From: Balanoglossus misakiensis
Lineage: Eukaryota > Animalia > Hemichordata
Reading direction: 5' to 3'
Assembly: GCA_040954595.2 (NCBI GenBank)
Contig: CM082593.2
Span: forward strand, 2,329,830 to 2,393,829
DNA: 64,000 nt
Position 1 is the stretch's first letter, and every line of letters starts with the position of its first letter. The position numbers and the translations under genes were made by a program. Positions 11,246 through 25,906 of the stretch are shown here, piece by piece. Under the pieces are notes generated by a model. That model did not search any database and had not been told where the DNA came from. It was given only the letters and a program-made list of their open reading frames with translations.

Positions 11246-14147
11246 TTATTCTTTCTTCACAGGTGCACCACGCCCACCGAAAATCTTTTCAGTATAAATT
11301 CGGTCCTTACGTCGCAGTGTTCCATGGAGCCAGTCAAAAAGTTTGGTGTTGAATCCGTAGTTGCAATGGAAATACCTGCAAAAGGAAACAAGTGAGTAAT
11401 GTATTAGAAAAATAGACTACTCTCTCTTCAAAGAGATCACCAAGATCATCTTGCTGCTCACTTGGATAATTGTACTTACTGGTGGTGGTTGTCATGGAAC
11501 ATGGAAGAGGGTTGCCATGGCCATATTGCTTCCATCATGATGCCGGAATGGTCAATCATTCCATAATAATAAGTGTACAGCAAAACACCAATGAAAACAC
11601 CTTCAATACAAAGAAAAGTAAGTTTAATAAATATGTTTCAGTATATTACATGCACATACTTTTTTCAAGTATAAAACACAACGTCAATAACCTGACTGTA
11701 TTATCCCAATTAGAGACATTACAGCTTTAAAAACTTACCAGGATGAACAGGAACTACAAAGATAGGTATCACCAGGGAAGCTTGTAGGAGGAAAAATTCG
11801 ATCGGGTTCATAGCTGTAGCAGAGAAGGCAGTGGGCTGTTTGTAACGGTGATGTGTTTTGTGAATCCTCTTGTACCAGACAGGATGGTGAAAACCCCTGG
11901 AGGAAACAAACCAGTCAACCAACAAACAGACATGAGTTGGCAACTTCACTGTATTCAGTTTGGTTTTATGTTACATTTCCAAAAGTCTGTCCACATGCCC
12001 TAGCATTTTAATTTAAGGAGCATTTTACTTACATATGGAAGTAATAGGCGACAGCCTCAACAAACATGAACACAATGGGTATAGAAAGTAGAAAGTACAG
12101 CCATCCATGATCTGATATTTTGTAGTAGAGTGTGGTATAGCCTCCATTCACTATGTAACAGGCCAGAATACCTAGGAAGAATAGCCAATATGAAAATTAT
12201 ATAGTGCTTTAAAAATCGAGGATAATTCAAAATTGTGTTCTTTCTTTGACAGAAATGACACATAACCAAATAAATAATATGCCATCATTAGTTTTGTAAG
12301 AATAAAAATCTGTTTACCAGATGCAGTCGCTCCAAGAGCCATGTTAAAGCTTCCCAGCAGAATTTCATGCCGTTCGTTTTCCGGGGTGAGGAATTTTCCG
12401 GGCTGGCATTTCCATTCATGGGATCTATCTCTCCTGGCAATGTAATAATACCACTGCAGACCCCATGCCATTCCGTAGTAGGTCAGAAAAGATATGACGA
12501 GAGAGATACCAATGTAGAATTGAACATCGGTCATGAGGTGTGGCTTTGAGAGAAGTGAATCTGTTGTTGATGTGTTGTTTTCTGTCTCTTCATGGCTAGA
12601 TTTCCACGTTTTAAAGGCTAGTATCAAGACAAGAACCCAGTCACCTGTGTTGAAACAAGAAAGGGATTTCCAATCATACTGTCACAATTCTAATAATAAC
12701 TTTAATAATTCTTATCAATAACTACACTGTATAAGTCAACTGGTTTGATCGTGGAAGACCATTTTATTCCCTGGAAATTAAACTGCATATGCTTTTTGGG
12801 CCATTTATTTTTATGTTACATTAATATGAGATAGACAATTTACTTTTTTCACACATATTTGCAGTGATTTTAGATACGGTTCAGACTGTACGTATCGTTT
12901 CCCAATCGTCTATGCAGCTCATCCAGGCCCGGCCTACTGAGCTGTGCGCGTACGAGAAAGACGCGCGCGCGCACGTACCGGGGACGCGGACGCTTGGCCA
13001 GTGCGCAGTCATGTACATTTCATCGTAATATACATGTATTTAATATCTGAACCCAGGCTCCTCGCCGGAGAAAATTATCCCCGGCCGAGTGTACGGCAAG
13101 CAGCTGCCGCGGACAAAAATATTGTCGATGCTATGTCCCCAATCACATTACGTAAACCCAGGTTCAACAAACTTTTCAGTGTTTTCGCGTACGTTGTCAT
13201 TGAAGGGTCAACAAACTATGCCATTGACGCGTACTAAAATACGCTTAACTTTACGCAAATGTTTCCCGAAGATCTCCTCGGTTTTTTCTTCAGGAAAATC
13301 ATTGAACAATCTTCTGACAAATTGTGATCATTATTTTCCCCCGTGTATATTACTGCAAACGAATCAAGGATGAAAATGATCAAAGGTCTTGTGATCGAAA
13401 AACGGGCATTTTCCGTGAAATCGCACACGTACACACGCACTCAGCCACTGCGGGTATTCGACTAAAATATATGCCTGTCATTATTTTTAAGCTTGAAAAT
13501 AATCAAAAATCGAAGTGCGGAAAACGAACAAATACTTGTAATTCTGTTAATTTAAAAAAAATCAAATTAATCATCACCATTACACTTTACCAGTACAACT
13601 AACAGAACAATTCGATATCATCAATGTACATTACATGTGTACGTTCGGGGAGTATTTCATGTCTGATGACTAGATAATAGATTTTTAATTTACGTCGATA
13701 TTTGTGTGAACTTGTGAAGTGGGACATCTTGTTATCTTTGTTTGGGGGAAACACTTTTAACTATATTATTTGAACATTAAAATTATGATAATACATATCT
13801 GACTACACAGGTATTACACATCAACTATATGTCACTGGTTCTAGGTCGGAAGTGATGAAGATTATACCGGTATACTCCTAGTCGACATTGCGAATCATGC
13901 AAACCAAATCACAAAATATAAAAACGAATTTTGACAACTATTGAAGCAAGATCAATATCGATAATTTACCTCTCATAGCGGTTCCCAAAACAAACAGGAT
14001 AACCGTTGCTAGAATAACGCCGAAAACGTGCGTCCGTTTTCCTCTCGATTGCCATAGTTTCTGTAGAAAGCTTCGCAAGTATACGGCGCTACTTTTCTTT
14101 GTTCGTCTCCCTTCTTCTTTATCCATGCTTGCTGCTTTGAGAATCAT
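11246..14147 (-). CDS. Sterol desaturase / fatty acid hydroxylase superfamily enzyme (lathosterol oxidase/SC5D-like), 6 exons
   Basis: Exons at ~14147-13970, 12645-12318, 12171-12031, 11898-11739, 11603-11478, 11375-11246. His boxes GFHHPVWYKRIHKTHHRYKQP, IDHSG and FHDNHHQYFHCNYG..LFDWLHGT. Confidence 0.88.
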
Positions 14148-14461
14148 GATGGGACCGTGATGATTTTGTGTCTCCAGGAGATGAAGGGTTCGGTGTAGTT
14201 TGTCGACCTAGTTCTTGCGAGCCCGGTGTCTACACGTATAATACGTACCTCGTTATGTGCACCACTACATGTAAAGCATTGTAAACCAACTCTAACAGTC
14301 TAAGGTCAGCGAGGGAGCAATCAGAAATGTTACCAAGGGAGGCGATCAGTCTGAGCAAAATAAATTGCGATGGATTGCCTGGTGCAAAATTGTTAACATA
14401 AGAAAGAAAAAATCGACTGTTTGGACATTCCCTGGTGTCATTACAGATGTGGAACTGTCCT

Positions 14462-14465
14462 ATCA

Positions 14466-14546
<81 letters not shown>

Positions 14547-14618
14547 GTCAGTCAGTCAGTCAGTCAGTCAGTCAGTCAGTCAGTCAGTCAGTCAATCAAT
14601 CAATCAATCAATCAATCA
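14462..14618. repeat. Compound (ATCA)n/(GTCA)n tetranucleotide microsatellite
   Basis: Directly visible. It explains the SINQ/SVSQ spurious ORFs. Confidence 0.97.
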
Positions 14619-14993
14619 AGCAGTAAGTTTTTATTATGCCATGACTGGGCAATTGACATTGCAGCAGTGACAAACACGACACAACAATCATAAAGCATGA
14701 CAATCTTAATAAAAACACAAAATATTAAAACACCAAACAACACAACTTTGCCAAAATTGTTCAGTGTACACTTAAACTACAATGTACTAGTATTACCCCA
14801 CAGCCTGCCACAGACCCTCAGATATTTCCCAACCTATTAATATCCGGGTGAAAGGGGGTCATTTGACAACTGGTGGAAGGTGAATACACTTTTCTGGTCT
14901 TCACAAGAGTTTGTTGAACTTAATCGGGGCGGGGCACTGTTGACGACATAATTGGGGGCGACATTACTTTGTTCAAGCTCCTTCAAGTTCAAA

Positions 14994-15255
14994 ATGTCAA
15001 ATGCTGCTAACTCAGCCTATCTGGTGATTCATTTAGAATTTTCACCTACAGCTCTGTAAGTATCAGTCCAAACTAATCACACACAATAAATCTGATTGAA
15101 ATCGCTTGTAGAATTCAATTTAATATGTCATTTGATCGATTTGAAATTGTTTATGTCATCCATTAGCCAAGAACACCTTTGTCATGCAAATGTACATCAA
15201 GCTAACACTGGGCTAGGCCCAACCAGTAAAGCTACATTTCTAGCTGTGATGATGG

Positions 15256-15291
<36 letters not shown>

Positions 15292-18200
15292 GGATCAATC
15301 GCCTCGATCTCCACAGTGTCCTCTGATGTCCTTGCATCGTCATCTGCAAAGAGACGAGGACACCGGAAGAAACGATAAGATTATGGAGGGCGTGGCTTAC
15401 GTATTCACAAAATTATTATTACATGAAAATATTTATTTTCCTGACAAGGGTGGTATGTGGAGAGTATACACTTGAGGTAATTTCCATTGTACACAATTGT
15501 GCAATGCATGTATCATGTCAAATATCCATTATTTGCACATTTCATAAACTTTTTAATTAGTGGTATATTTCCGAATTTACTGCATCATTGGAATTTGCCG
15601 AAAATTGCCACAAATATTAATTTGATAGCTACCTGCAACATACTATGCAAGGAACTAGTATTCAGAAGTTTCATATTATGAATTAACATGTTAATTTGTA
15701 TATTAAAGGAACTGTTGATACTTGACGTGCACGTGATTGTCGAAAATACGGGCTACAAATACCAAACTAGTTGGAACAACCTTTGACCCCAGCACTCGAT
15801 TGACGCGTCGTCTGCATCCAGGGAGCTGTTTGTACTGTGAAATTTTTGTTTCAGCATGGATCCAGCAACTCAAGAAAAGCTTCTTAAGGTTCGTCATAGA
15901 TCAAAAGAAGGGTAGTTCCAATGTGATGTATCTTAAGTGTTCCAAATGTGAAAAATGACAAGTGTTTTATAGTTACAGCAGCAGTGGAGCATATACTATA
16001 GTCCAGCTGGCCTGTAACATGTACACTTCAGAACATGTACTGTAACTTAATCTGCACAGATGTTTGATTGATAGTTTATCGAAGTCCAAAAGTAAACTTG
16101 ACCTAAGCTGAAATTGACCAACAACTGCTTTTTAATAAATGCCCCCCAAACCATCTGGCATTTTCCGATCCCGTGGTATAGATCATGATGATTTCCTTAT
16201 CGATTTGTCATCACAAGGCTAACATACAGCATGTTTCACGGTCATACGTTGACATGCATGAATTAATTAATAATCAACGACCAAGTCTATCATAGAAAAC
16301 ACGAGAAAGTGGTTCTCTAACATTCTAGTGTGTATGAAAGTGATCACTAAGGGGGTTCAAACATTGTGATTTACATTAACAGATGAAACATATGTTACAT
16401 GTACATGTACAAAGAGGTTAGTTGGCAATGAATGGTCGTCACACATTTGCAATGACGTTTTTTTTACAATTCAGTTTCAGAAATGGTTCATTGCATTCCG
16501 GGATCCCAGGGATATTTTTGAGAACCACGCTTCATTTCTGATTGGAGAGCTGGCATTCTATTTCTTTGCCATTCTCACATTCAGACATGGTAATTAAACA
16601 CTTCATATTCTAGCAATTGCAATTTGCAATTCATTGTGTGTCACTGTGAATACCACATGAAGTATATGCTCATGCAAAGACATGCATGCCTAACTTAGTA
16701 TTCTAATGACCATGTGATGGTATCCTTTTAATATTGTCACCCAAGTGAGAATCTGTGATTGGCTGGATCTTTAATTTTTCATGGTGTACATATGATCTGT
16801 TTTTCTTGCAGCATGGAGACATGGTGGTCGTTTCATGTACCTGTGGTTTGCAACCATTGCTCATGGTCTGACTACAGAGTGTGTCAGTTACTTTGTTCCC
16901 GATATTGACAATTTCTGGCATGCCCAGGGAATGATCATGTTACTGGGAAAGAGGTTACCATTCTATGTGGTCGTTGTTTGTAAGTAGTTTTGTTTTGTTT
17001 TGTTTTGCAAATCAGAACATCTTATTACTATGTGACAGTCTCAGTACTATCTCTTGTCCCTCGCTAAGTTTTGGTGGTGATCCCATGCTTTAATATTATA
17101 CAACCTGATTTTATCACTTCTACTTTCAGATCCAGTATTCATATATACTGCAGCAGTTTCCGTATATCGACTCAGGTTGCCCTTCTGGGCTGAACCGTTT
17201 GCCCATGGACTTGCTGTTGTCATATTTGGTGAGTAAGTTTACTGTCCATTCCATACACTTTTATTTATGTCTGTTTCCTAGACTATTGTCTATTTTTCAT
17301 ACACTATCCTCTATATCCATCCAGATATCCCGTTTGATATCATGGGCATCAAATCACTGTGGTGGACTTGGCATGACACTGATCCCAACATCTATGACAG
17401 ACATTACTGGGTGCCGTGGACCAGCTACTTCTTCCATATGTCGTTTGCCTCCAGTCTGAATTTCCTGATCCATGGATCAAGGAAACTGTTTACAGGAAGT
17501 GATAGTCGGATAGAGTCGAGTGGGTAAGTGCAAGGAATTTCCATGATTTCTTGCTGGGATTGCGAGAAATCACTCTTCTATGCGTTATAAATAAACCTTA
17601 CAACTGTATATGCTGCCACGTGTATAGTGTAGTAGCACTAGGGAGTCTTTTATGTTTAAGTCTATCTATTTGATGAAGTGAATAAATGAACCCCCTAGCA
17701 TGTCATGAATGGATGAGATTGACATGTAGTTTTCACTTGCATTTCATTTCTTCCTGCAATCAGCTTCTTCAAAGAGACGGCGTGTGTCATCCTCACTGGT
17801 TTGTTCAGCTTTCCACTGGGAGCTGTACAGTTCATCATTCTCTATCACACACTGCACGACAATCTCCACATCCACACTGAAGTCTGTGTGCTCCTGCTGG
17901 TTGCTGTCTATGTGATGACTGTATGGAGTGCTGACAGGAATCCGTCGGAAGACGCCCGGAAAGGCAAAGGTAAAGGCAAGGAAAACGAAAGCGTCATTCA
18001 GGCATGACCTATGCCATTATTGTTTCACTTGTTCTGGGAATATTTTTTCAACACTTTTGTTTTTTTTATGTCAGTATTTGGTACAACAGGTTGATGGTTT
18101 TGTTTAACAATTTGAATGATCTTGATTATTTCTTTTCAGGGAAGAAGAACTGGTTGGATGAAATTGGACTGGTCATGTTCATTCATTTCGTCATCTACAT

Positions 18201-18982
18201 ATTGATGGCAGTTTATTCCAAACCGGAAAACATCAAATCCATCGGGCTTCACGAACCCACTGGGGACTGCAATGCTACTTCTCCTGTCATCACAGCAATG
18301 GGACAGGTGACACTAGGATTTGTAAATTACAACTCAGTAGTTGTGTGGTTTCATATGCGTCCCTTGTTTATTTAGCTTTAACTTTGAACTAGGAAATGTG
18401 TCTGTATGATGACGGATTCCAATGATAGAACTTGACTTGTACATTTGTAGGTTCTGTCAAAGAAGACATATCTATGCACCACAGACTATGACGAAGGTTA
18501 TTTTGACTGGCACTGCTTGAAAGATGGTCTGCCACCAAAGGTGAGAAAATCGTCATGATTTGTCAAACATGAAGGGACGTTCATGACATTATGAGGTACC
18601 CAGAATCTCTAATCTCATTGGCTGTGTCATCCATGCACCTATTGTCCACCTGTTGTGTCAGCAGAGACATTGACCAATCAGAAACAGCCCTGCAAGATTC
18701 TGGTCACTGAGCAGTATCAACAATGTTTTTTTATAAATATTTTGATCTGTACAATGTATGTGATATCAAAGTATCTTTTTCTGTTTACAGGATGGCCTAG
18801 AATGGTATACAGCTTGTGGCACCCCGTTCCCCAACCATGCAGAATACACAATCGTGGTGACTGCATTCTCTCTACTGGGACTGTTTGTATACTGGCAAAT
18901 GCTGGCCAACTCTGGCAGAGACTTCTTCCCGCCCCACGCCCATCACCACCACAACTTTCCCAAGAAAATCAAGAAAAATTAA
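14994..18982 (+). CDS. Multi-pass membrane protein, DUF7802-like (uncharacterised), about 9 exons; first exon uncertain
   Basis: Spliced exons at ~16474-16589, 16811-16979, 17130-17228, 17325-17523, 17764-17969, 18140-18306, 18451-18540, 18792-18982. They encode FLIGELAFY, HGLTTECVSYFVPDIDNFWHAQ, RLPFYV, FDIPFDIMGIKSLWWTWHDTDPNIYDRHYWVPWTSYFFH, GLHEPTGDC, YLCTTDYDEGYFDWHC, WYTACGTPFPNHAEY. Putative first exon MSNAANSAYL at 14994. Confidence 0.8.
15248..15290. repeat. (ATG)n trinucleotide microsatellite (intronic)
   Basis: Visible gatgatgatg run. Confidence 0.95.
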
Positions 18983-20164
18983 AATAGAAAGATATCGATG
19001 CAAAAATCTTGATTGGTTTAGCTGCTTAAAAAGACATCAGGTTTAGTATACTTATCTGGTGAATTTAGTTATAGTTATCATGGTCATGTTTTTCTTTAAA
19101 AAAGGCAAATTATCGGTGTTTTTATTGATATGGAATAATGCTTTGATAAGATGTAAAAATTCGGTTTTATGCTGTCAAAGACAGCATTAGTATTGCAGTG
19201 GTTATTATCAACCTTTGCCCGTTGACCTTGCTTTTAATAAGAACTGTTTTCAGCATCTCCAAACTTTTTTTTGTAGAGAATTGACAGTACTAGAATATAT
19301 GCACACACTTGTTCATGTAAGACATGCAAAGTTGGTTGTACATGTATGCATGCACACATACACACAGTCACAGGGTTAGAATTCAAATTTTATTTCGTCC
19401 AGGTAAAACCTTAACCTAGGAATATCAGTTCTGAGAAATCATAGTTTTTAACATAATTCTTGCTTCCAGTTTTGATTCCTCAACTGTTAATTAATGATTA
19501 TTGATGCACAGATATGTGTATTTTGGGTGATTTTTAAATAAAATATGATTTCAAACCTTTTGTTTCTTTATGTTATATTATTTTCTTTATTAACCAAAAT
19601 TGTTTTTAAAAAGAATTTAATGAAAAACTTGAATATGAAATTTTGGTTGTGCTTTAGATGCACTATTTTTTATTTACACAGCGCCCCTGGCGTTCAAGAA
19701 TTGCATTCTTTTGTTTAACAATCATATTGATGTGATCTGATAATATCCACAGATGACGCAATTTAGAAGAAAGGATTCAAAATATGTTTATTTCCAGCAA
19801 AATAGTTAAAAATACCCACCACAGGTTGAAAAGGTACAGTTTTCTAATGAAGTACATGTACATGTATTACTTGACACATCAGAGCATTTCAAGGTAAGGT
19901 AATTGTCTGAACTGTGTGTGTGTTACTTTTCTGTTGATAAATACATCATTGGCATCATTTGCATGTTACGGAAGAGAAGCCAGCCAATCTGGTTTGCAAC
20001 AATTTTCATTATATCATTTTACGACAGCCAACTGCTTCAGATAGGACAATCACCTCTTGATGTGCAAATAACCAGCATTTGAATTCTGTCAATTTTCAGG
20101 AAATATTTGGATGTGAAAATAATCCAATTGGCATGCATGATATGTAGACTTAGACACTAAATTG

Positions 20165-23100
20165 TCAGTTGTCGCTGAACTGAACACCAGCCCCAGGTGA
20201 CGAAGGACGGCCAAAAATGATGTTCCGGAGTGCAGTACCAGTTCTTACGACGCTGGAAGTCGACCATAAACAGAGAAAATTAGGACTAATTCTCGTCAGA
20301 GTTGACATGAAGTGGAGAAAGTACCGGTAATACAAGACAGAGAGACACAGGAGGTAGGCAGAGGTGGGAGGGAGGGAGGGAAGGATGAAGAAACTGACAA
20401 AGAGACAGAACGACACCAACCAGTATGTCATAGACAGGGGCACAGACAGATAGATCTTAAGCACTGATTCTTACCCTCTTTGTAACTGTTCATATCGTCT
20501 ATTGATCACATACTGAACACTTTCCAACGTCGTCATGTTATGTCTTTTCTCAGCCTCTTCAATAACTGCCAATCTCTGTTTTATTCTGGCTTCCAGATCT
20601 GGATCAGATTCAAAGGCTTCGGCAGTGCTGTCATCTGCAATGACAATATCAAAAGTTTATATCTGCACGATTACAGAGGAACTACCAGTACTCCCATACT
20701 TGATGATGTCATTATGACAAGACAATATCACAGGATATACTGAAATGATACAAGGAAACGCAAGTAAGTATGTTTCACATTCACATTCACCATCCTTGAG
20801 AATTGCACTTGGACCGGTCTGGACCAGTTTGAACTGGTATGACCCGGTTTCCAAGCAACCACTTACCTGCATATTCTGTGTTGTTTCTGTCCCTGTATTC
20901 TCTCACTTTTCTGGAGAATTCTATTTCCGTGGTGTTGACATAGATGTACATGTAACAGGAAGGTGTCTCTGACACTGTGTAAATCCTATGGTACTCTCCG
21001 GCTGGAATCTAAGTAATGACCAAAAATTAAGAACATTTTAAGACTTGAAAAGCAGGGAGGTGTAAGGGAAAGGCATCAAAAATTGTGTTGAAATAAAATT
21101 TTTTTACATATACCTGAAGCTTTTCGCCTTCTGCAAGGGTAACATTAGTGTCATTTGCTTCCAAATAAATTGCTATATTTCCTTTGAGAACTTGAACACT
21201 GGTGTTGCCCAGGTCTTCACTGATGTAGTTTTCCAGGTGCAGACCTGCATTGATGGAAACAAATCCAAAGAATTATTAGACTTTATTCTTTCTTTTTGGT
21301 GCATTTTTCTCAAAAAATACAACTTCAAATATGATTCATGCACATATTGTTTTTTTGGAGATTCCTGCCAATTAGTATTCAAATGTGACTTTGATATGAA
21401 ATATAAACTGGAGAAAGATGTAGATACAACCTGGAAAATCTGCGACGAAGACAACATCGCTGTCTGTATCGAGGGAATCTTCTATTTCATCCAATTTGGT
21501 TCTCCATGGCGACAGCTCCACCAATAGGGGTAGTAGAAAAGGCACTGGTTTGAAAGGCGACCAATCAGCTTTCACGATATTAACTCTTGGATCCCACACT
21601 CTGATTGGTTGAGAGAGAGAGTAAAAACATACTTTTAGCCAGTCTGTCTCTCTGTCTCATTTCAGAATGACTGCCCGGAGCCTGTCCTTTGCACCACAAT
21701 AGTGCCCAAATAACAGTTGGTTGGTGATTTGCTTACCTCTGCTGGAACCGATGGTTGATTGACATCCACACATCAAAATACAACTCTGGATCGGAGATAT
21801 TGTAATTTTGTAGATGGTCCGACAGACAGGTGCTGTACTGTTTTAACATATCACCATGCTGTGCCCAGCGTCTGCTAGTTGTCCATACCTGTATTATAAA
21901 GAGTGATTGATTAACTGATTGATTGATTGATTGATTGATAAAATTTTGGATTGATTGGTTGATTGATTGACTGACTGACTGATTTATTCAGAAAGCCAGC
22001 AAGAAGCAAGTAAGAAAGCAAGTTGACAGGGAAAACCTGAAGTGACTTACTCCTGGATTCAAAAATCCCATTTCTCCAGTTTTTCCGTCAACATAGGTGA
22101 CTTTAATGTGTTGAGTTGTCCATGTGTGAACCATCATGTCCCAGGAATATCCATACAATCCATTGGTCCAGTTATTGTAACCCTAAAAAAGCATCAATCC
22201 ACATTAGAATATTCTTAGTGATTAACTTGGGCCAACCTTCAATAGGGATGATCCAAATTTCTAATTTCCATTTGCCTCAACACAAGCAATCCTTGTGAAA
22301 AAATTCATGAAAACAACAATAACAATATCTGCACCATTTTTCTTTTTTAATTACAGAAAATATGAGAAGTAATATGCAATTATAATGTGATGACCATTTA
22401 CTTGAAGATTACCTTGGTGAGGAAATGCGAGTAAGGTAAAAATAACTGCAGAGCTGCGTAGGCTATGATCAGTGTAGTCATGGCATAGTGTCGAATGTTA
22501 GGATCTTTTGGTTTCTTTCCTGTTGACTTGTCATACTTGTCTTCCTGCAATTAAACATGCACAGACAATCGTATATATGATGTCCATCAACATAAAGACA
22601 ACTCATACACATATCTGAAAGTATACACCCCTTTTTGTTGTTATTATGGACTCTTCCAGATCATAATGAAACAGAAGATAACTGGGAGCGTTCCTAGATG
22701 ACTGCATTATAAAGAGGGATGTTCCAAGAAACTGACCTCATCTTCTGTCTTCTCCGACACATCCTTGACAGCATCATAGATACAGTGAGGACTTGGCTGT
22801 GCAGGATCTGTCTTTGGAAGAAATGATTTCAGTCGAGCAGGCACTCTACATAGCAGTTTCTTCGGCCAGTCAGTGCAGCAGAAGATGAAGAGGGTAGCCA
22901 TCATGGCCCATGGAAACATACCTGTAAGCAAAACAGACGTACTGTGTACTAAACTTTTTATTCATATTTACACATACACATACAATTGTCAGCACAGAAA
23001 CATGTGAACATACAGTACACCTGCACGTGTACATAAATATACATGTTTTCCAATTGACAGATGGATGCAAAACATCTTCATTGTAGAACTCACCAATTGA

Positions 23101-25906
23101 AAACATGAAGAAGTTCATGCCATGGAACATAAAGCTGAGTGTAAATGCCAGAGGTCGCGTCTTGTCAAAGAAGAGGAGATAGCCAACAGAAAGGTCATAG
23201 ATCAAACCGCCCATGTGGACCATATACAGCGATATTTGTTCTCGGGTTAGGAGATACCTGAAGATGCAGAAAAGCAAAGGTGATTTGAAAAAAAGATTTC
23301 TATTTTTCGCCTGTCCAATACAATAAATAGTATATGGGTTTTCCATAGCTGGAAAAACATATTTTAATATGTATTGAAATGTCCAAATTTGGCTATTAAA
23401 ACAGGTGTGGCTTCAATTCATAACTTTATGTACTGTTACTATGACTACTGTGAGCTATGCAGTAGCTACAATAATGTTGATTTTTTTTTTTTCAGAGAGA
23501 AAGAGGTTTAGCTTTACCTGAACGGTTTAAAGACCCAGTTTGATGCCAGACTTGTCATAGAATAACCGGCCACCCAGTCCATGTCTAATTTCTTCAAACC
23601 GGCTATGAAATACACAAGGAATAGCTGTGGGGAGAATATGACATCACACTGGTAAATATAGACTTTTCTTTTTGTGACTAACATGAGATAACCAGTTACC
23701 AAATATTCATAGGTGTAGAATAGAATCGGAATAGTGTTACGTCTGCCTCAGTTCTCAAACAAAACATCTTACCATATATACAGGTTAAGTCATTCCCCTA
23801 AGTAATTTAAAACACCTGTTTAAAATTTGATAAAGGAGACATTTTAAATACACTCGTAGAAGAAAGTAAGACATTCTATGAATTCATACCTGAAACCGTA
23901 ATAAAGCATAATTCCACAATGGAACATGGGAGTTTGTTATCTGTGGTTTTCTGATCCCATCAATGGACCTGCAATTGAAAAGTAAAAAAAATAATTTTAT
24001 TTCTTAGGATGATTATTGACTTTCATACAAAACTTCTGCCATGTGTTCAATCTACAAGAGTCTGATGTTATAACGGAATATGTGAAATATTGTTTTGTCG
24101 TGCTCAAAGCATTCCTGACAATTGGACATTGCATGATAAACACCATGTGATACCACCATGAAATTGTCTGAAACAGCGGAAGAACATTTTTATGGACACA
24201 TCATGATGTCATCTCTCAGTACAACACGACACGCAACACACGTAATCCTCATTCCCATAAAATAATTCAATCACCAGTTGTGATCTTTGGGAGCGCAACA
24301 GATGAAAGAACACTTGTGAGAATCAATATGCCATATATTCAACATGTAATTTTTTTGATAAATATTTTCAGAAAAAAAAGAAAGTACATATCAAATTCAC
24401 ATCAATAACACTCTCGTTCAAATCTCTCTGGGCGCAAAACACTCACCAGTAATGATGGGCATCGTATAACAACATCTGGAACGAGATCAAGCCAAAGAGA
24501 TAGGAATGATTGTTCCAGGACGTCTTGTCCAGAAAAAATATATACCAGTACACGACGAGAAACATAGATACACTGACTCTGTAAAATAATCCCAACATCA
24601 TCCCCGCAGCACCTAAGAAATAGAATTGAAAAAATGAAACTGTCTTTCATATGATATTACACAGTGCAAAAACCTTGGGTTGTTCTAATAACCCAATTCA
24701 CATTTTTTACCTCATAAACAATTACCAATGATTGACTGTGAGTTTCGGGATTATGTACCGTACAGCCATTAAAGAGCAACTTTATAGACAACTCTTCCCC
24801 TTTAATACAACCAACCAAAGTTCCCCTTTAATACAACCAACGTTGCAATCACTATTCCCTTAACCCGCATCTCTGAATTCAACAGAAACAAAAGTACTGC
24901 ACGATTTTTACAGCGGAAGCTATGACTCCTAAATGAACCCTGATGAAATTATTGCTGGTATCCTATAACATCTTAATGATCTTCGATGCCATAAAATTCA
25001 ATCAATAAACCTGTTAATACAGTTATCTCTAGGGTAAACGGCCGCTTGACTTAATTTTCTCATCATATTTCATGGGAATGCAACCACACGTCAATCCTGG
25101 CTGAAGTTCCGAGACAGAATCAATAGATTGCATCTGTGTAAACACTACAGATCGGAAGTCAATCAAAGGTTCATGGAAGGCTGTGGTGGAGATTTGAGAA
25201 CAAAATTTATCTAGCTCTCTGCTTTCCTAGCAACTGTCAACAACAGAAAGATCTAATGTAATGAAATTTCCACACTTGAATTGAAATGACGTGATAATAT
25301 TTCCTTTTTAACATTTGAAAATGCTCTAATGCTAGAAATAACTCTCATAAATTTCTCTGTCTCACAGCTAACTTTTTATGGCACTTACCAAGAAACATGA
25401 TGAGGTAAGCAACATACATCCAGTCCACTGGTAAAGGTTGCAGGAAATTAAAAAGGGGAAACTGACATTCTTCCGTGTCTCCCCATCTGTATTCTGCCAC
25501 AGTGAAACCTCTCTCATACAGCGTATCCATCATCATCAAAAAGCCTGCGAATAGATAGAGGAATATCACGCAACATTTTAATTGCAAGATTGCACAGCAT
25601 TCATTGTGACCTGGTTGAAAAAAAGGCTTTGATTTATCTGGATTTTTTTCTTCATATTTCAAGAACGGTCAACTTACCAAAGAGAATCCTTGTAACGCCA
25701 AGAGAAGATGGATCTCTGGGCTCATTCAGCAGTTTCACGATCCCCTTCTCTCGGATGTCCTGCAAATCAAAGCCGAAGAGTCTCTTCATCACTCTGGTAT
25801 CAGCACCATCCCCATCTGATGCGGTTTTCGGTGGTTTGACGTCCTCCTCCTCCTCCTCCTGGCTGTAATTCTCCTCTGCAGGTGCGTGAAGCTTTCGCTG
25901 TCTCAT
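20165..25906 (-). CDS. GGCX: Vitamin K-dependent gamma-glutamyl carboxylase, multi-exon
   Basis: Motifs [117 protein letters not shown] and C-terminal [11 protein letters not shown], all across canonical introns. Confidence 0.96.
21905..21985. repeat. Imperfect (GATT)n/(GACT)n microsatellite in a GGCX intron
   Basis: Visible gattgattgattga runs. Confidence 0.85.

Noticed and set aside
14365-14693. Three ORFs with SINQ/SVSQ repeats
   Set aside because: They are translation artefacts of the (ATCA)n/(GTCA)n microsatellite.
15096-15326. Poly-Met ORF
   Set aside because: It is an intronic (ATG)n microsatellite.
16740-16770. cccaagtga..tctgtgattgg similarity to ~34191
   Set aside because: Too short to define an element; probably a fragment of an old dispersed repeat.
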